Shown: positions 12,121 to 24,239, counted from the whole stretch's first letter. The stretch: DNA of 63,119 nucleotides, filler included, from Stramenopiles sp. TOSAG23-2 (GCA_900128395.1; 12 parts of 12 records of this genome joined end to end with filler, not necessarily neighbours in it); one strand, 5' to 3'. Notes: generated from the sequence alone by a model not told the origin. Translations and numbers: made by a program.

Positions 12121-14056
12121 TTGTCAGTTGGTGATCTCAATGCACCATCCGCGCTAACCGGCCGCTGCTTTGCAACGCTTCTCATACCACTAGTACTGGA
12201 TGCAGATGTGGGGCGTGATCGTCGTGACATCGTAGCAGCAGCAGATTTTGGTCGTTGTTGAAATATATCATTATTATAATATCTACCAGATCTTGATGCG
12301 TATCGTCGAGATTCTTGGCGCCGTGCAATTTCTTCTTCAATTCTACATTTTCAGCTTCAAGTTGTACATTGGAAGCTTCATAATTTGCTGATTTAATCAT
12401 CATTTCTTCCATTCGTTTCTTAATCCCTGAAATATTTTCTTCCAAATCAGTTTTTGTTTTTTCTAATTCTTCCGTTTTCGCTTCATGCACTTGAAGGAGT
12501 TGTAGCAATTGTGCATTTTGCCTATTTGTTACCTCAATTGCAGCTTCTTCTCCGCCTTTCTTTTGCAAATCTCGCTCCAATTTATCTATTTTATGCTCCA
12601 AATGTTCACCATAACGTTGTTTCTTGTTTATAATACGTTCTTTGCTAACTAAATCTTTTTGCATTTTATGTATTTCTCCTTCTAAGGAATCTAAATTTTC
12701 AAGCAAATTTTCATTTTGTTGATTTAACAATGCTATTTGTTTCTCTTTCGCATCGATCGCCTCATCTCGCAATGATATCATCATATCTTCCGAAAAAGAC
12801 CTGGCGCTTAGACATACGTCTTCCGTATCTGGATTCAACGTTTCAATTTGCTTCTCTTGGCGTCGTATAATAACTTTATGCCGGTCTAATTCTTTATCGA
12901 AACCATTTATTTTTTCCATTTGTATTTTTAATTCATCATTTTTATCCTCAATTTCCTTCTCCTTCGCTTTTGTTAATTTTACTATTTCCTCAAAATCATC
13001 CTCCTCTTGCTTTAAACGTTTTTCTAAACTTGTCACTTCTTCTTGTTCCATATCTAATCGTTTTTGCAATTGCGTTATTTTTGCATCTTTTACTTCTACA
13101 ACATGTTTATGGTTTGATATGGTTTCCTCCATTCGTTTCACACGATCATTATTTTCATGCATCAATTTTCCTAATCGATGTATTTCATCTCTAGCGGCAT
13201 CCCCAGCTGCGAAAAAATCTTCCTCCGGCGCCAGTTTCTCTCCATCTTTTTTTCGTGGTTTCCGAATCTCTTTTAATAATAAATTTTCTCTAATTGCATG
13301 TACATGTCTACGGGCAAGATGTCCTCGGTAAACTTTTTGTATTTTAGTAGCTGCTTTTGGACGCCACATTCGTACTGGCGCAGCTTTGCTATAATCTATT
13401 TCTTGTTTTTGCTCTACATTTGAATCTACGTAATTTTCATCATGATGATAATCGTGATGTTCCTCTTCCGTATATACCCAACCTTCCGGTGGATCCCACG
13501 AGACGTCATGTGTTTTATGGTTATAATAATATTTTGCATGGTGATGCGGATCATATGCTTCTACCCAGTCTCCATGTTCATGTTCCCCGTGATTTTTTTC
13601 CTCCTCTAGTTGATACAACGTTTCTGCACGTTTAAATAATACGTTCATTCGACCTTGACGTCCTCTAAATACCGCTTGCATTCTTCTTGCTGCCCATAAT
13701 TTAATCGCTGCAATTGGTTTGCCACTTCTAGTCGATACTTTAAAATCATCCGGTTCTTCCCATACGCATGCTCCAGAAAAATTGTTATAATAATAATTTG
13801 AACCACTTTGAGGATCATATACTATCGTCCATTCCTTGTAAGTGCCAGCTTCACCTAATTTTTTCTGAGCTTCTTTATTTAAATGATATGCATTTTTATG
13901 CCCTTCTTCCTCTATAATACGTTGCTCTTTTTGCTCCTTTTTCATTCGTTCAAACTCAGCTCTCCTTGCTGCTACATCTGAATTACTTGAACTACCAACC
14001 GACATGCCTTGTAAAAAGTTATTGACACCAGATGCTTGTCTTTTAAATTGTGCCAT
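12121..14056 (-). CDS. WW-IQ-WW-IQ coiled-coil protein, probable frameshift near 12335, 3' partial
   Basis: WW motifs EWTIVYDPQSGSNYYYN...VWEEP and DWVEAYDP...YYYNHKTHDVSWDPP; IQ motifs MQAVFRGRQGR and IQKVYRGHLAR; long coiled coil. Confidence 0.8.
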
Positions 14057-14818
14057 CTTATTTTAACTATTTCTTTTCTTATTTGGTTCACAGAATTATA
14101 TACAAAAAAAAAAAAAATGGATTTCTATTAAGAGAATATGATAAAGAAAGAGAAATTAGAATGTGAAGAAGAAGAAAAAAACAAAACAAACAGAAAAAGA
14201 AGACGTTGGCAAAAGTGGAATCAAAGTATGTATTACTATTAATTTTTTGCTTCTTTCCTTTACACGATACAATTTATCTATCTATACATATATATACTCT
14301 TCCACATAAATTATATCTGATCAATATATCTCCTTTATTACTATTATTGTATTTATAATAAATATTATTTGCGATTTTGCATCAATTTTATCCTAACGGA
14401 TTCCACAACATTGCCAGAGATTGCCACAGATTGCCAGATTGAGTCTTTTTTGATAGAATATTCCAATTCAAGTACGAATTAAGTATCATTTGATAGGAAC
14501 TGCTGTATGTTACTGTGCTGTGAGCTCTGTACTTTTCAAACAACATAGGCACACCATGGTGCCATGGAAGACACCAAAAGAGATTCCATATATTTTTGTT
14601 GTACGGATGTTCGATCGATCAAAAAATGGATGTGATACAAAAAAAACAGGTTGAAGTACATAGTATATATTGTACTTTGTATAATTCTAGAATAATAAGT
14701 ATATCAAATCATACGTAACAGATTGATATACTTGAGTTGAGAAAAATTTTAAAACATCAAAACGAATAAAAGAATACCATTATTATTAAAAAAATAAAAG
14801 AATGAAGATACAAGTAAG

Positions 14819-17794
14819 ATGAAAGAAATAACGAATCAACATTCATTCTCGTTCGTATTGATGTCAGCATTATCGACATGCATGACATTACTTGTAACAG
14901 AGCTTATATATATGACATTGACATTTGTGCAGAATGGAAATAATGATATCTATTACGATGGACTGAATTCATTATTAAAAGGTTTAGGTTGTGATTTTAC
15001 AATAGTGTTACTACTTGCACTATTTACAATGTATTTCCGAAATAAATATATTACTACATTCGTTAATATGTTGTATTTATATTCGATATTGATACTTTCA
15101 TGCAATTTCGTTTTAAAACGATATGTAGGCACAGGTTTGAATAAACATATGATATATTTTTTATTCCATTTGAATGCAAACGACTTGTCTTATTTGAAAG
15201 TGAATATAATTAAAGTTGCAATTAATTTTACCACATTAATAAGAATGATAATACCTGGAATAGCAATGGCATTGTATTGTTATATATCCTATGTATTGAT
15301 CTTGAAAATTAAAGGTATTATTGAAAAGAAATTTTTTGTTACATTTAATGGAAACAATGTTAATAATAATTATAATCGAGATCAGTATAGAAAAACTTTT
15401 TTCATACGCTTATTATTATTATCGACATGTTCTTTTATGTTTGCAAATGCATATTTAATACACCAACCATCGTCGAGAAGAACAATAATAAATAATGGTA
15501 TATTATATCATTACAAAGGTCTATCATTGCCAGCAAACATTATGCAAAACATTTTTGCATATAATAGTTTTAAAACGGATCAGCAATCTTCAAAAACTAT
15601 TTTTTATGGAAATAGAAATATTCGAGTAACAAGATCAGAAAAAAGAAGATTGAACCAACTCTTTGCTACTACTGATCATGTTAATGAAATGGAGGACGAC
15701 GATAATAATGAACCAAATATTATTTATATTGTTATGGAAAGTGTTGGTATACATAATATCGATATAGATCATATGCCATATTTCAAATCACTATCATCAT
15801 CATCATCATCCTTAGATTCCGCAGATTATAATGTCGATGAATTTACAAAAATGTATACAGAATCACCCAATACTTTAAAAAGTATGATTCAACTTTTATG
15901 TGGAAAGGATGTAATATATGATAGTATTGGATGGGATGAATATGAAAAATATAATTTAAAGGAATGTTTACCATCTTATTTAACAAACAAGTACAATTTT
16001 ACTACTGGAATTTTTACCCCGGTGGATTTGAACACACATCGTGTGGGCAAAAAGCAACGACGTGATCTTGGTTTTCAATATGAATTTACGAAAAACGACA
16101 TGAAGGAATACAACATTAATGAAAATAAAAAGTCAAATGATTTTCAATTGATTGAACCATCAGTTGATTGGATGTTAAGACAAACAGAAAAAAAAAAATC
16201 ATTTTTTGCTTCTGTGTTTCCATCAATGACGCATGCCCCATATGTATCAATTATGGAAGATAAAGAAGGTATGTGCAAGGAACATATTAATAGCATGAAA
16301 ACAATCAAATATGATCACTTATCTGAAATGAAAAGAAATAATTTGATATCAACTATTGATTCGAAACCTGATAATAACAAGAAGAATAGTAATCTTAAAT
16401 TGTACAATAATGCTTTGCATTGTTTAGATTTCTGGTTGAAATCATATATTGAGAAGTTGCATAAACAGCCATTTTTTAAGAATACAATCATAGCTATTGT
16501 TGGAGATCATGGTGAATCTTTTGGTAATAATCAGCATTACTTTCATGGTGGTAGTGTTTCTGAGGAACAAATACATGTACCATTTAAATTAATTTCATAT
16601 CATTATCAAAATGCAAGTAATAATAAGATGGATACTGACGAAGAAAGAGAAAGAAATAAAATTAGTAAACTTAAAGACAAATTGTGGGCATTAAGTGATA
16701 TCCCATATAAAATATTGTTCAATGGATTTTTTTTGAACAATAATAATGACAAACGTATACGAAGTAATAGTAATGGTAATAATTACAACACAATAATTGA
16801 AGAACGTGAAATGGTCCAATCATATGCATTTTTCAATCCAAATATAAAATCATTTGTATATAATACCAATTTTAAATTGGTTGTAGATCAATCAAGGGAA
16901 GATGATTGTCTGGAAAATAATATTCCTTCTGTTAATTGCTTTAAATTATATAATTTATTGGTAGACAAAAACGAAGAGAATAATATTTTAAAACGTATTA
17001 TGCTAATGCCAAATGGTAATAATTTAAAACAATTTTGGATTGCAGAAATTCAAAGACTGATTGATAATCCGGCCACTTTTGTGAGAAGCTCGGCAATGAT
17101 GAAGAAACGGCGTTTAGCTGCTGGTGATAAAGTTCGTGTTGCCAATGCTGCAGAAAGTGGTGCAAATGGTGATTATGTAAAATATAATAGTGTATGGCGT
17201 AAAACTACTAATTCAATCACATATGAGATTTCGTATAGTAGTAATTTAGGTCAATGGAGATTGCGAAAACAAGGCAGTAGTACGTGGAGTGTTTTAAATA
17301 CAAATACAGCTAGTGGAGGAAATATACCACCAAGCTCCGGGTGGAGTGGTTCAATGACAGTAGAAGATGTTTCTGATACTAGTAGCACTTCAAGTCCTTC
17401 ACCAAGTAGTAGTAGTAATAGTGGTGCATCGTCACCATCGTCGTCGGAGAGTGCGTATACATCTCCATCTCCATCATCTCTTTCCTCTAATAGCCCCTCG
17501 CCAAGTAGCAGTGTTTATAATAATGGTGAGTTATTATTATCGCCATCATCATCGACAACTGTGAACATATCTCCATCATCTCTTTCCTCTAATAACCCCT
17601 CACCAAGTAGCAGTGTATATAATAATGGTGTGTTATTATTATCGCCATCATCATCGACAACTGTGAATATATCTCCATCTCCACCAGAAGATATAATGTC
17701 TAACAGTAATATAAATTATTGTAATTATTCAGCAGGAAATATTTACATTCGCATTTTAGGACTGTTTTCTTTTATATTTATTGTAATGGTTTAA
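14819..17794 (+). CDS. LtaS/sulfatase-family (alkaline phosphatase superfamily) membrane protein with a C-terminal small domain, Ser-rich stalk and hydrophobic tail
   Basis: About 5 N-terminal TM segments, then PNIIYIVMES, TESPNT, THAPY, IVGDHGE and HGG...EEQIHVP, then KKRRL, a NGDY...QW...PPSSGW domain, Ser/Pro repeats (102-bp unit) and a hydrophobic end. Confidence 0.75.
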   Translation: MKEITNQHSFSFVLMSALSTCMTLLVTELIYMTLTFVQNGNNDIYYDGLNSLLKGLGCDFTIVLLLALFTMYFRNKYITTFVNMLYLYSILILSCNFVLKRYVGTGLNKHMIYFLFHLNANDLSYLKVNIIKVAINFTTLIRMIIPGIAMALYCYISYVLILKIKGIIEKKFFVTFNGNNVNNNYNRDQYRKTFFIRLLLLSTCSFMFANAYLIHQPSSRRTIINNGILYHYKGLSLPANIMQNIFAYNSFKTDQQSSKTIFYGNRNIRVTRSEKRRLNQLFATTDHVNEMEDDDNNEPNIIYIVMESVGIHNIDIDHMPYFKSLSSSSSSLDSADYNVDEFTKMYTESPNTLKSMIQLLCGKDVIYDSIGWDEYEKYNLKECLPSYLTNKYNFTTGIFTPVDLNTHRVGKKQRRDLGFQYEFTKNDMKEYNINENKKSNDFQLIEPSVDWMLRQTEKKKSFFASVFPSMTHAPYVSIMEDKEGMCKEHINSMKTIKYDHLSEMKRNNLISTIDSKPDNNKKNSNLKLYNNALHCLDFWLKSYIEKLHKQPFFKNTIIAIVGDHGESFGNNQHYFHGGSVSEEQIHVPFKLISYHYQNASNNKMDTDEERERNKISKLKDKLWALSDIPYKILFNGFFLNNNNDKRIRSNSNGNNYNTIIEEREMVQSYAFFNPNIKSFVYNTNFKLVVDQSREDDCLENNIPSVNCFKLYNLLVDKNEENNILKRIMLMPNGNNLKQFWIAEIQRLIDNPATFVRSSAMMKKRRLAAGDKVRVANAAESGANGDYVKYNSVWRKTTNSITYEISYSSNLGQWRLRKQGSSTWSVLNTNTASGGNIPPSSGWSGSMTVEDVSDTSSTSSPSPSSSSNSGASSPSSSESAYTSPSPSSLSSNSPSPSSSVYNNGELLLSPSSSTTVNISPSSLSSNNPSPSSSVYNNGVLLLSPSSSTTVNISPSPPEDIMSNSNINYCNYSAGNIYIRILGLFSFIFIVMV

Positions 17795-18511
17795 AAGGTG
17801 AGATTAGGAGCAGCTTTGAGGAGGACATAATATTTTGTATTATGATGATGATGGAGATTATTTAAATTTTACGTAATACGAACCGTATATTTTTTACGAT
17901 CGTAATTTTTAATATATATTTTTACGTCTTGATGAAATACTTATTCGTACGAACGTACTTCCTGGCTTCGTATTACGACGTAATTTGGATTGACATGTGA
18001 GGTTTTCGTCTCATTAATTTTTTTTAAGTGTAGTGTGTGAGTGAGTGTTGTAAAAATTTACAAAATCTTAGTGCGCTTTNNNNNNNNNNNNNNNNNNNNN
18101 NNNNNNNNNNNNNNNNNNNNNNNTTAATTAATTAANNNNNNNNNNNNNNNNNNNNNNNNNNNNNNNNNNNNNNNNNNNNACATATACTTCGTACTTGTGT
18201 GTTCTTTTGCGTGTGTATATTATATAAAAATTTTCTCTTACTCATGTATATATTGGTTAATGTATGTATATATAAAATAATGGTAATATATTTTATATAA
18301 TTATGACTTTTTAATGAGATCGAGTTTTGCATGTTTGTGGTGTGTGTGTGTATTCAAGTGTGATGTGTGTATAATAATTTAAAATACGAGTATTTTTTAT
18401 AAAAAAATTACGAACGTACGTGTGTGTAAGCTACACACATTTTCATATACTATTATGGGAATATCAACACACTTTAGTGTGTGAGATATGATAGATTTAT
18501 TAATTACGAAG

Positions 18512-18550
18512 TAGTATTCTTTTGAAGAGTAGGAATTATTAATATATGAA
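18512..18550 (-). repeat. Dispersed 3'-flank repeat family A, copy 1
   Basis: Reverse complement of ATAATTCCTACTCTTCAAAAGAATAC. Confidence 0.8.
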
Positions 18551-18875
18551 TAAATTGAAAAAAATAAATAAAATTAATTTAACTTAACACTACTACGAAG
18601 TATATTTTATTTAATGTACGAATCGTATGTGGTATTTATGCGTAAATTAAATTATAATTTATGGAGATTTAATTTTCACGATATTTTTTTTTACCTAATA
18701 CCGCTTCGTAATATTTACTCGCATGATAATTGACCCCTCCAGAGGCAGTCGCCAAACTTCCAAACTTTCAACTCTCCAAAAGGATACGAAGTCTATCATA
18801 GACCTATAACCGAGAACTGAGCCATTAATGCATCTAATTTGAATATATCTAGATCACATACAAAGTATATCATGA

Positions 18876-19543
18876 TTACACCATATTAGTAAATGGATCT
18901 GTGCCTCTACTATATTGCAATAGTCTCCCATTGCTACCACGGTATCCTAATCGTTTCAATGCTTTTTGATGCGCTCGATGTTCATGCCTTGCCTCTGTAG
19001 AAAATGAAAATGGTTTCGCACGCAATCGTCCTCTTGCATCTCGATGATTATCTGGTAAATCTTTAGTTGGTGAAGTACGATGGCCTGATCGAAGTCTTGA
19101 ATGCACATCTTCTAAATGCTTAGTTTCCACTCTTTTTGCACGTGCTTGCCTCATACGAGATATGGCTTGTTCATATGCACGTGGTGTATGGTGATTTTTA
19201 TCAGGCGATGTTTTTACTAACCATCCATCATGCCCACCGTATTTATTATTTGTAGAAGTTTTGCTTTTATTCTTATTATTTGGCGTTTTACTAGTATGAT
19301 ATCTGGTAGAAATAGACTTTGATACAAATTTTGGTGTAAATGTACAATGCAGCCTAAATTCTCGTTCTTCAGTTGTTAACGGTATCTCCTCAACAAGTTT
19401 CTTCTTTTGTTTTGAACGTTTTTTCTTCTTTTCACTTTTTGTTAAATATTGCAATGACTTTTTTGAAAGGCTAAGATCTGGTTGAAAGGTGCATTCTTTC
19501 ACCTCAAAAGCTCGTTGGTTTTTACGAGCCAATGCTTGTTTTC
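18876..19543 (-). CDS. Basic protein with CTFxP repeats (possible microtubule/cilium-associated); 5' exon unresolved
   Basis: Motifs ECTFQP, HCTFTP and KPFSFST; an upstream intron-like stretch with TACTAAC branch point and a pyrimidine-rich tract ending AAAG at 19544. Confidence 0.55.
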
Positions 19544-20096
19544 CTTTTGTCAATTGATATGGATAATAATGAGGAGGAAGAAAATGATGAGGGTGATGAT
19601 AATAATAATGTTGTTAGTAATAAGGATGGCAAAAACGTGTTGGGAATGGATTAAAAGATTGTTGTTTTGTAGTACGGTTTCCTCACCCGCGAAATCCGCT
19701 TCTTCTCTGGGTTTGCATGCGTTTCTCAATCATTTTTTGGGTCAAAAATATGGAAAACCCGTGTACATGTATTATAAATTATAAATGTGATTCTGTTGTA
19801 TTTCCTATTCTAATAAGTACAAGATATGTGCACTTAATACCGTAAATTTACCGCAAATTAAAATCAATCAGATTCTCCCTGAGATCTGGGAGATCAGAGA
19901 TCAGATCAACCCTGATGACATCAATCACACTCCTCTCTACTATTATTTTTTTAAAAAAATAATAAACAGATGTATCTATACAGAAGATAGAAAGACAATC
20001 AACAAAGATATATAGCATACAATCGTCTCTGCTATAATAATATCATACAAATAGAATTCTATCATCCATCCATCCCTTTCGATAACAAAACAAACA

Positions 20097-21419
20097 ATGG
20101 TGACCTCATCATGGATAGTAATAGTAACAACATCATATCTTTTAACCATCGTTGTTTTTTTTCACAACACCCAAGTCAGTGGTGAAAAGACAATTAGGGC
20201 AGCATATCGGGATTGGTTAAATGACTTTGGACACGACACGTTTCAATATCCAGATTGGATAAAAGAACAGCGTAATAGTTGTGTCTGCAAGGGGGAACAA
20301 TGTACCGATATTAACAAGAAAGATGATAGCGATGAAGATGATGACTTAACTTGGTGCGTTGCAAAGAAATATCTATTAGCTCATATGCCAGAGTTTGATA
20401 AACAATATTTACCTCCTGCTGTAAGTGTTGATGGAGATAGTATGTTTGATGATCAAATTGCTTTTGCATTGATGGCAAATAACGCTTCAAAATTTACTAG
20501 AAATATTCCACTATCCATACGATTGCCTTATATTTTACCATATGCTGGTTATCACGAGGCAAGGGTCAATTGGCGCCCATTGTTCTTTGCAAAATATTTT
20601 CAATTAATTGAAAATGCAACTTCCACACATGAAGCTATGTCACAATTAGTTGCTCCAAATATCATATTGAATTGGCCAAAAAATGTTTGGGAAGCACATC
20701 CAGGTGCAAAAGATCAATCTGATTATACAATTGAATGGAGTAGCTCAACATCTCCACCAGTGATAAATCCATTTGCATTCACTGCATATGGTTATGCATC
20801 ATGTTCAGGATGGGCAACATTTGTTACCTACGTAGCTAGGAGTGTTGGTATACCAGCTCGGCAAGTCGGTACACCATGTTGGAATGCAGCATTGGGTGGA
20901 GTAGATTATAGTGGCTTGGCAATTGATAATTCAAATGTATCAATTTGTTGGAATGGTGGTATTGGATCTAAAGGAGGAAAAGTTGGAGGTAACTTTTTAA
21001 ATAATCACAATTGGGTAGAATATTGGGATGATGAATTAAATAAATGGGTATTTCAAAATGTCCCACCAACTAGTTCAACTCCTGATTCCCCATCATTATG
21101 TCATTATAATGATACTACTGGATGCAATTACGATGAAAAATTTGGATGTTCAAAAGTTACTGGTGGGCCTGCTGCTGCAATGAGAGATCATGAAATATTT
21201 GCCATTACATGGTCAGATCCGCACGAGGAGGAGGATGATGCAAGTAGTATTGATGGTGGGCCAGTATTGGATGTGAAAGATTTAAAATTATCCAACGGTG
21301 AATCAGTTTCACCACTCGTATGGTCGCCAAAATTGTCAAGTCCATTAGGGACTGCATTGAAAAATATTGGTTTACGAGTGGTCAACCGTACTGATTTTTA
21401 TCGATGTAGAGAACCATGA
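20097..21419 (+). CDS. Secreted transglutaminase-like domain protein
   Basis: Signal peptide; catalytic-type motifs YASCSGW, ARSVGIPAR and NHNWVEYW; Cys-rich C-terminus. Confidence 0.8.
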   Translation: MVTSSWIVIVTTSYLLTIVVFFHNTQVSGEKTIRAAYRDWLNDFGHDTFQYPDWIKEQRNSCVCKGEQCTDINKKDDSDEDDDLTWCVAKKYLLAHMPEFDKQYLPPAVSVDGDSMFDDQIAFALMANNASKFTRNIPLSIRLPYILPYAGYHEARVNWRPLFFAKYFQLIENATSTHEAMSQLVAPNIILNWPKNVWEAHPGAKDQSDYTIEWSSSTSPPVINPFAFTAYGYASCSGWATFVTYVARSVGIPARQVGTPCWNAALGGVDYSGLAIDNSNVSICWNGGIGSKGGKVGGNFLNNHNWVEYWDDELNKWVFQNVPPTSSTPDSPSLCHYNDTTGCNYDEKFGCSKVTGGPAAAMRDHEIFAITWSDPHEEEDDASSIDGGPVLDVKDLKLSNGESVSPLVWSPKLSSPLGTALKNIGLRVVNRTDFYRCREP

Positions 21420-22135
21420 AGATGACTCGAGAGGAGGGGTGTGTATCATATCATATAGTGTGTAGCAGAAATTCGTAATCTTTACGACGAAACAAAATAT
21501 TGGTTTTTATATAAAACATAAGTATCATACGTAATATTATTAAAGGAACAAACTGAATATACGTATTAAAATTCATTATTTCTTTTGTAAAAACAAAATA
21601 ATACACGACACACATCGCATTAAAATATTCTGCCACAATGTACGATGTACGAAGTACCTAAATACGTACGAGTATGTACGCCGTACGAACTTCGTATTAA
21701 CAACAACATTTTATTGTGAGAGTGTGAGAGATCCCCTTAAAAATTCTAAGATATTTACTTTGGATCGTAAATAATTAAAATTTCAGCTTTTACAAGAAAA
21801 ATTAAAAAAATATTTAAAACGCACTACGAAAACAGAAGGAGACGGGCTTAAAGCACAATGGATCAACGAAACTACGAACCGTGTAGAGATCTACAAAGCC
21901 AAAGTGATTACAAGAGGTGATTAAAACCGCGTGGCTTTTTGACACAATCGACTCAAGATCTTTACCCGGATAGTTACCGGCTGTTGTTTACAACAGGATC
22001 TTTCACATTGACAGCCTCACCGTTTTCGAGCGAAGTTCAATTTATATTTTCATATTTTTTATGTACTTGTTTCTCTCTCCCAAAATACACTTTTATATTC
22101 CCTGCTGCTATTACTGATTATCAACATAATGCTCT

Positions 22136-22942
22136 CTATTTTGATGCAGGGGGATCATCCTTGAATCGCCATGGTTTCCATTCATGCTCTTTTTTTGATA
22201 CAGGAGGTCCCAGAGGTGGGTTAATTGATTGTTTTCTCCAATTGTCCACGTTAGATGAAGATGAATAATATGGTTTTGTATTATTTCTATCTCTCCATTT
22301 GTGTAAATTATTATCTTTATTATTATTGTTATAGCTACTATTCCTGTTGTTATTGTTTGATGACTTTAAATTGATAATATCATTATTATCATTATTATTA
22401 TTATTACCTTTCATCCTTCTATTGTATGTACTCATACCAGTTTTCTTTTCAAAACCATTTTGGCTATTGTAAGGCTTCTTCTTCTTCTTCTTCCTTTTTT
22501 TCTTTTTCTTTGTTATGCCATTTGTTGTAGTGATGCCTTTCTCATTTGTCGTCACCTCATTGTATATGAATGGCTTTGTCGTGGTTGATGACGATGATGG
22601 AAGCACAGCAGCAGCTTCAACAACTGGTGATGGTATTGTCGTTGAATCTGATTTTTCATTATCAACATTGTTGTTATTTTCATCACCTTTTTTCTTATTT
22701 AATTTTTCTAAATTTGCCAACATTGCTTTTTGTTGTTCTGTTAAACGGCCCTTTTTACGTTTCAAATATGCAGCTAATGCAGCTTCTTTGTTATGAGTAA
22801 CTTTTCCACCAGGATGTGCGAATGATCGTTTTGGTTTAGGCGGCAATATTTTTTTTGCATCGTTTTTAAACCTATCCGCTCTAGCCTTTCGTTTTGCGTC
22901 TGATTGACTAGAATCACCTGTGATTTTAACAAAGGATGCCAT
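22136..22942 (-). CDS. Hypothetical basic low-complexity protein
   Basis: 268-aa ORF starting with ATG; a KRKARADRF motif and Lys/Asn tracts. Confidence 0.6.
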   Translation of the reverse strand: MASFVKITGDSSQSDAKRKARADRFKNDAKKILPPKPKRSFAHPGGKVTHNKEAALAAYLKRKKGRLTEQQKAMLANLEKLNKKKGDENNNNVDNEKSDSTTIPSPVVEAAAVLPSSSSTTTKPFIYNEVTTNEKGITTTNGITKKKKKRKKKKKKPYNSQNGFEKKTGMSTYNRRMKGNNNNNDNNDIINLKSSNNNNRNSSYNNNNKDNNLHKWRDRNNTKPYYSSSSNVDNWRKQSINPPLGPPVSKKEHEWKPWRFKDDPPASK

Positions 22943-23455
22943 GTATAAATTATATATGATTTGTGGTTTTCAAAAAAAAATAAAAATATGTATATATATA
23001 TATATATATGTAAATGTATATTATATATACTCGATACGTTATATTTTCAAGTGTTGTTTCGTTACACCGCTTTTTCTTTTTTTTGTAATGGAATGGATTC
23101 ACTCGTGAAAAAGTGATATCAATCCGTGTGTCTTTCTACATGATAGTGGTGTTATCGATAATTGGATTAACTGCCATATCTTCATCCCTACTTTCTCGTA
23201 CTTATTATATACTAAATATATACTATGTAGAATATATCTATCAAATTTATAATCAATGGTATGTCTATAGCTTATATAGCAGGTGAATACGATTTGAACC
23301 CCACTACCACCTAAAAAGCCACAATTTTATCAATGCTTGATAGGATAAGTTGTAGTGTAATTAGTATTTCTCCCTCGCGCTTTCCGCTTTCCGCGTCAGC
23401 CTTTCTGGCTTTCCAGCGGGCCAGCTTTCCCATCATCTAAAATAATCCAAAATTA

Positions 23456-24119
23456 CTACATTTTCATCATCATTTCATTTTCAATACTTTTGCAATGCGA
23501 ATAGGCAAATAATAAAGTAAATCCAGTAGCCCAATGCAATACGGCTGTTGGGGAAAACAATGTTCCATATATCAACGAAATTATAAAATCAAATACTTTA
23601 TGGAAAAAAGATTTCGTAATTGCCGTGTCTGCACGATGATTGCCAATTATAATTAAATTATTCCATGCATTTTTCATCAATATATTTCCATCTAAACAAA
23701 ATCGTTCTGTAAAGCGATAAGACCAACCAACTGATAATGTAAATCCTGCTGAAAAACTTAGAATATAACTTCCAGCTGTTTTAAATACGAAAATTTGAAG
23801 TAATATTGGCAAAGTGAAATACACAATTGGCATTGTTAAGTATAAGCATGCACCAAACATGTCCATCTCACCTAATACTAATCTTTTTCGACCAGAGAAT
23901 CTACACGAATGCTCTAAGTCACCATGCATAGTATCTTTATTTCTAAACAAAAACATGAGAAAAAGAATACAAACTGTAGTGCAAATAATGCCAGAAAGAT
24001 TCCATCCAAAATTGGAATCATTTAAATAATTTACAACCAAAAAATCCGTAATGCCATTAAAAAATTTGCTTGCTAAGAACGTAGAAAACGTTTTAGATGC
24101 AGGTACCATGCAAAGTAAC
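23456..24119 (-). CDS. Multi-pass membrane protein, 5' truncated
   Basis: Open frame with about 4-5 hydrophobic segments running towards the contig end. Confidence 0.55.
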
Positions 24120-24239
24120 CTGATTATACAATATNNNNNNNNNNNNNNNNNNNNNNNNNNNNNNNNNNNNNNNNNNNNTTAATTAATTAANNNNNNNNNN
24201 NNNNNNNNNNNNNNNNNNNNNNNNNNNNNNNNNNTTAAT

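Noticed and set aside
21810-21922. Short protein-like frame (KAQWINETTNRVEIYKAKVI)
   Set aside because: No start codon, early stops and too short to call; at most a decayed gene fragment.
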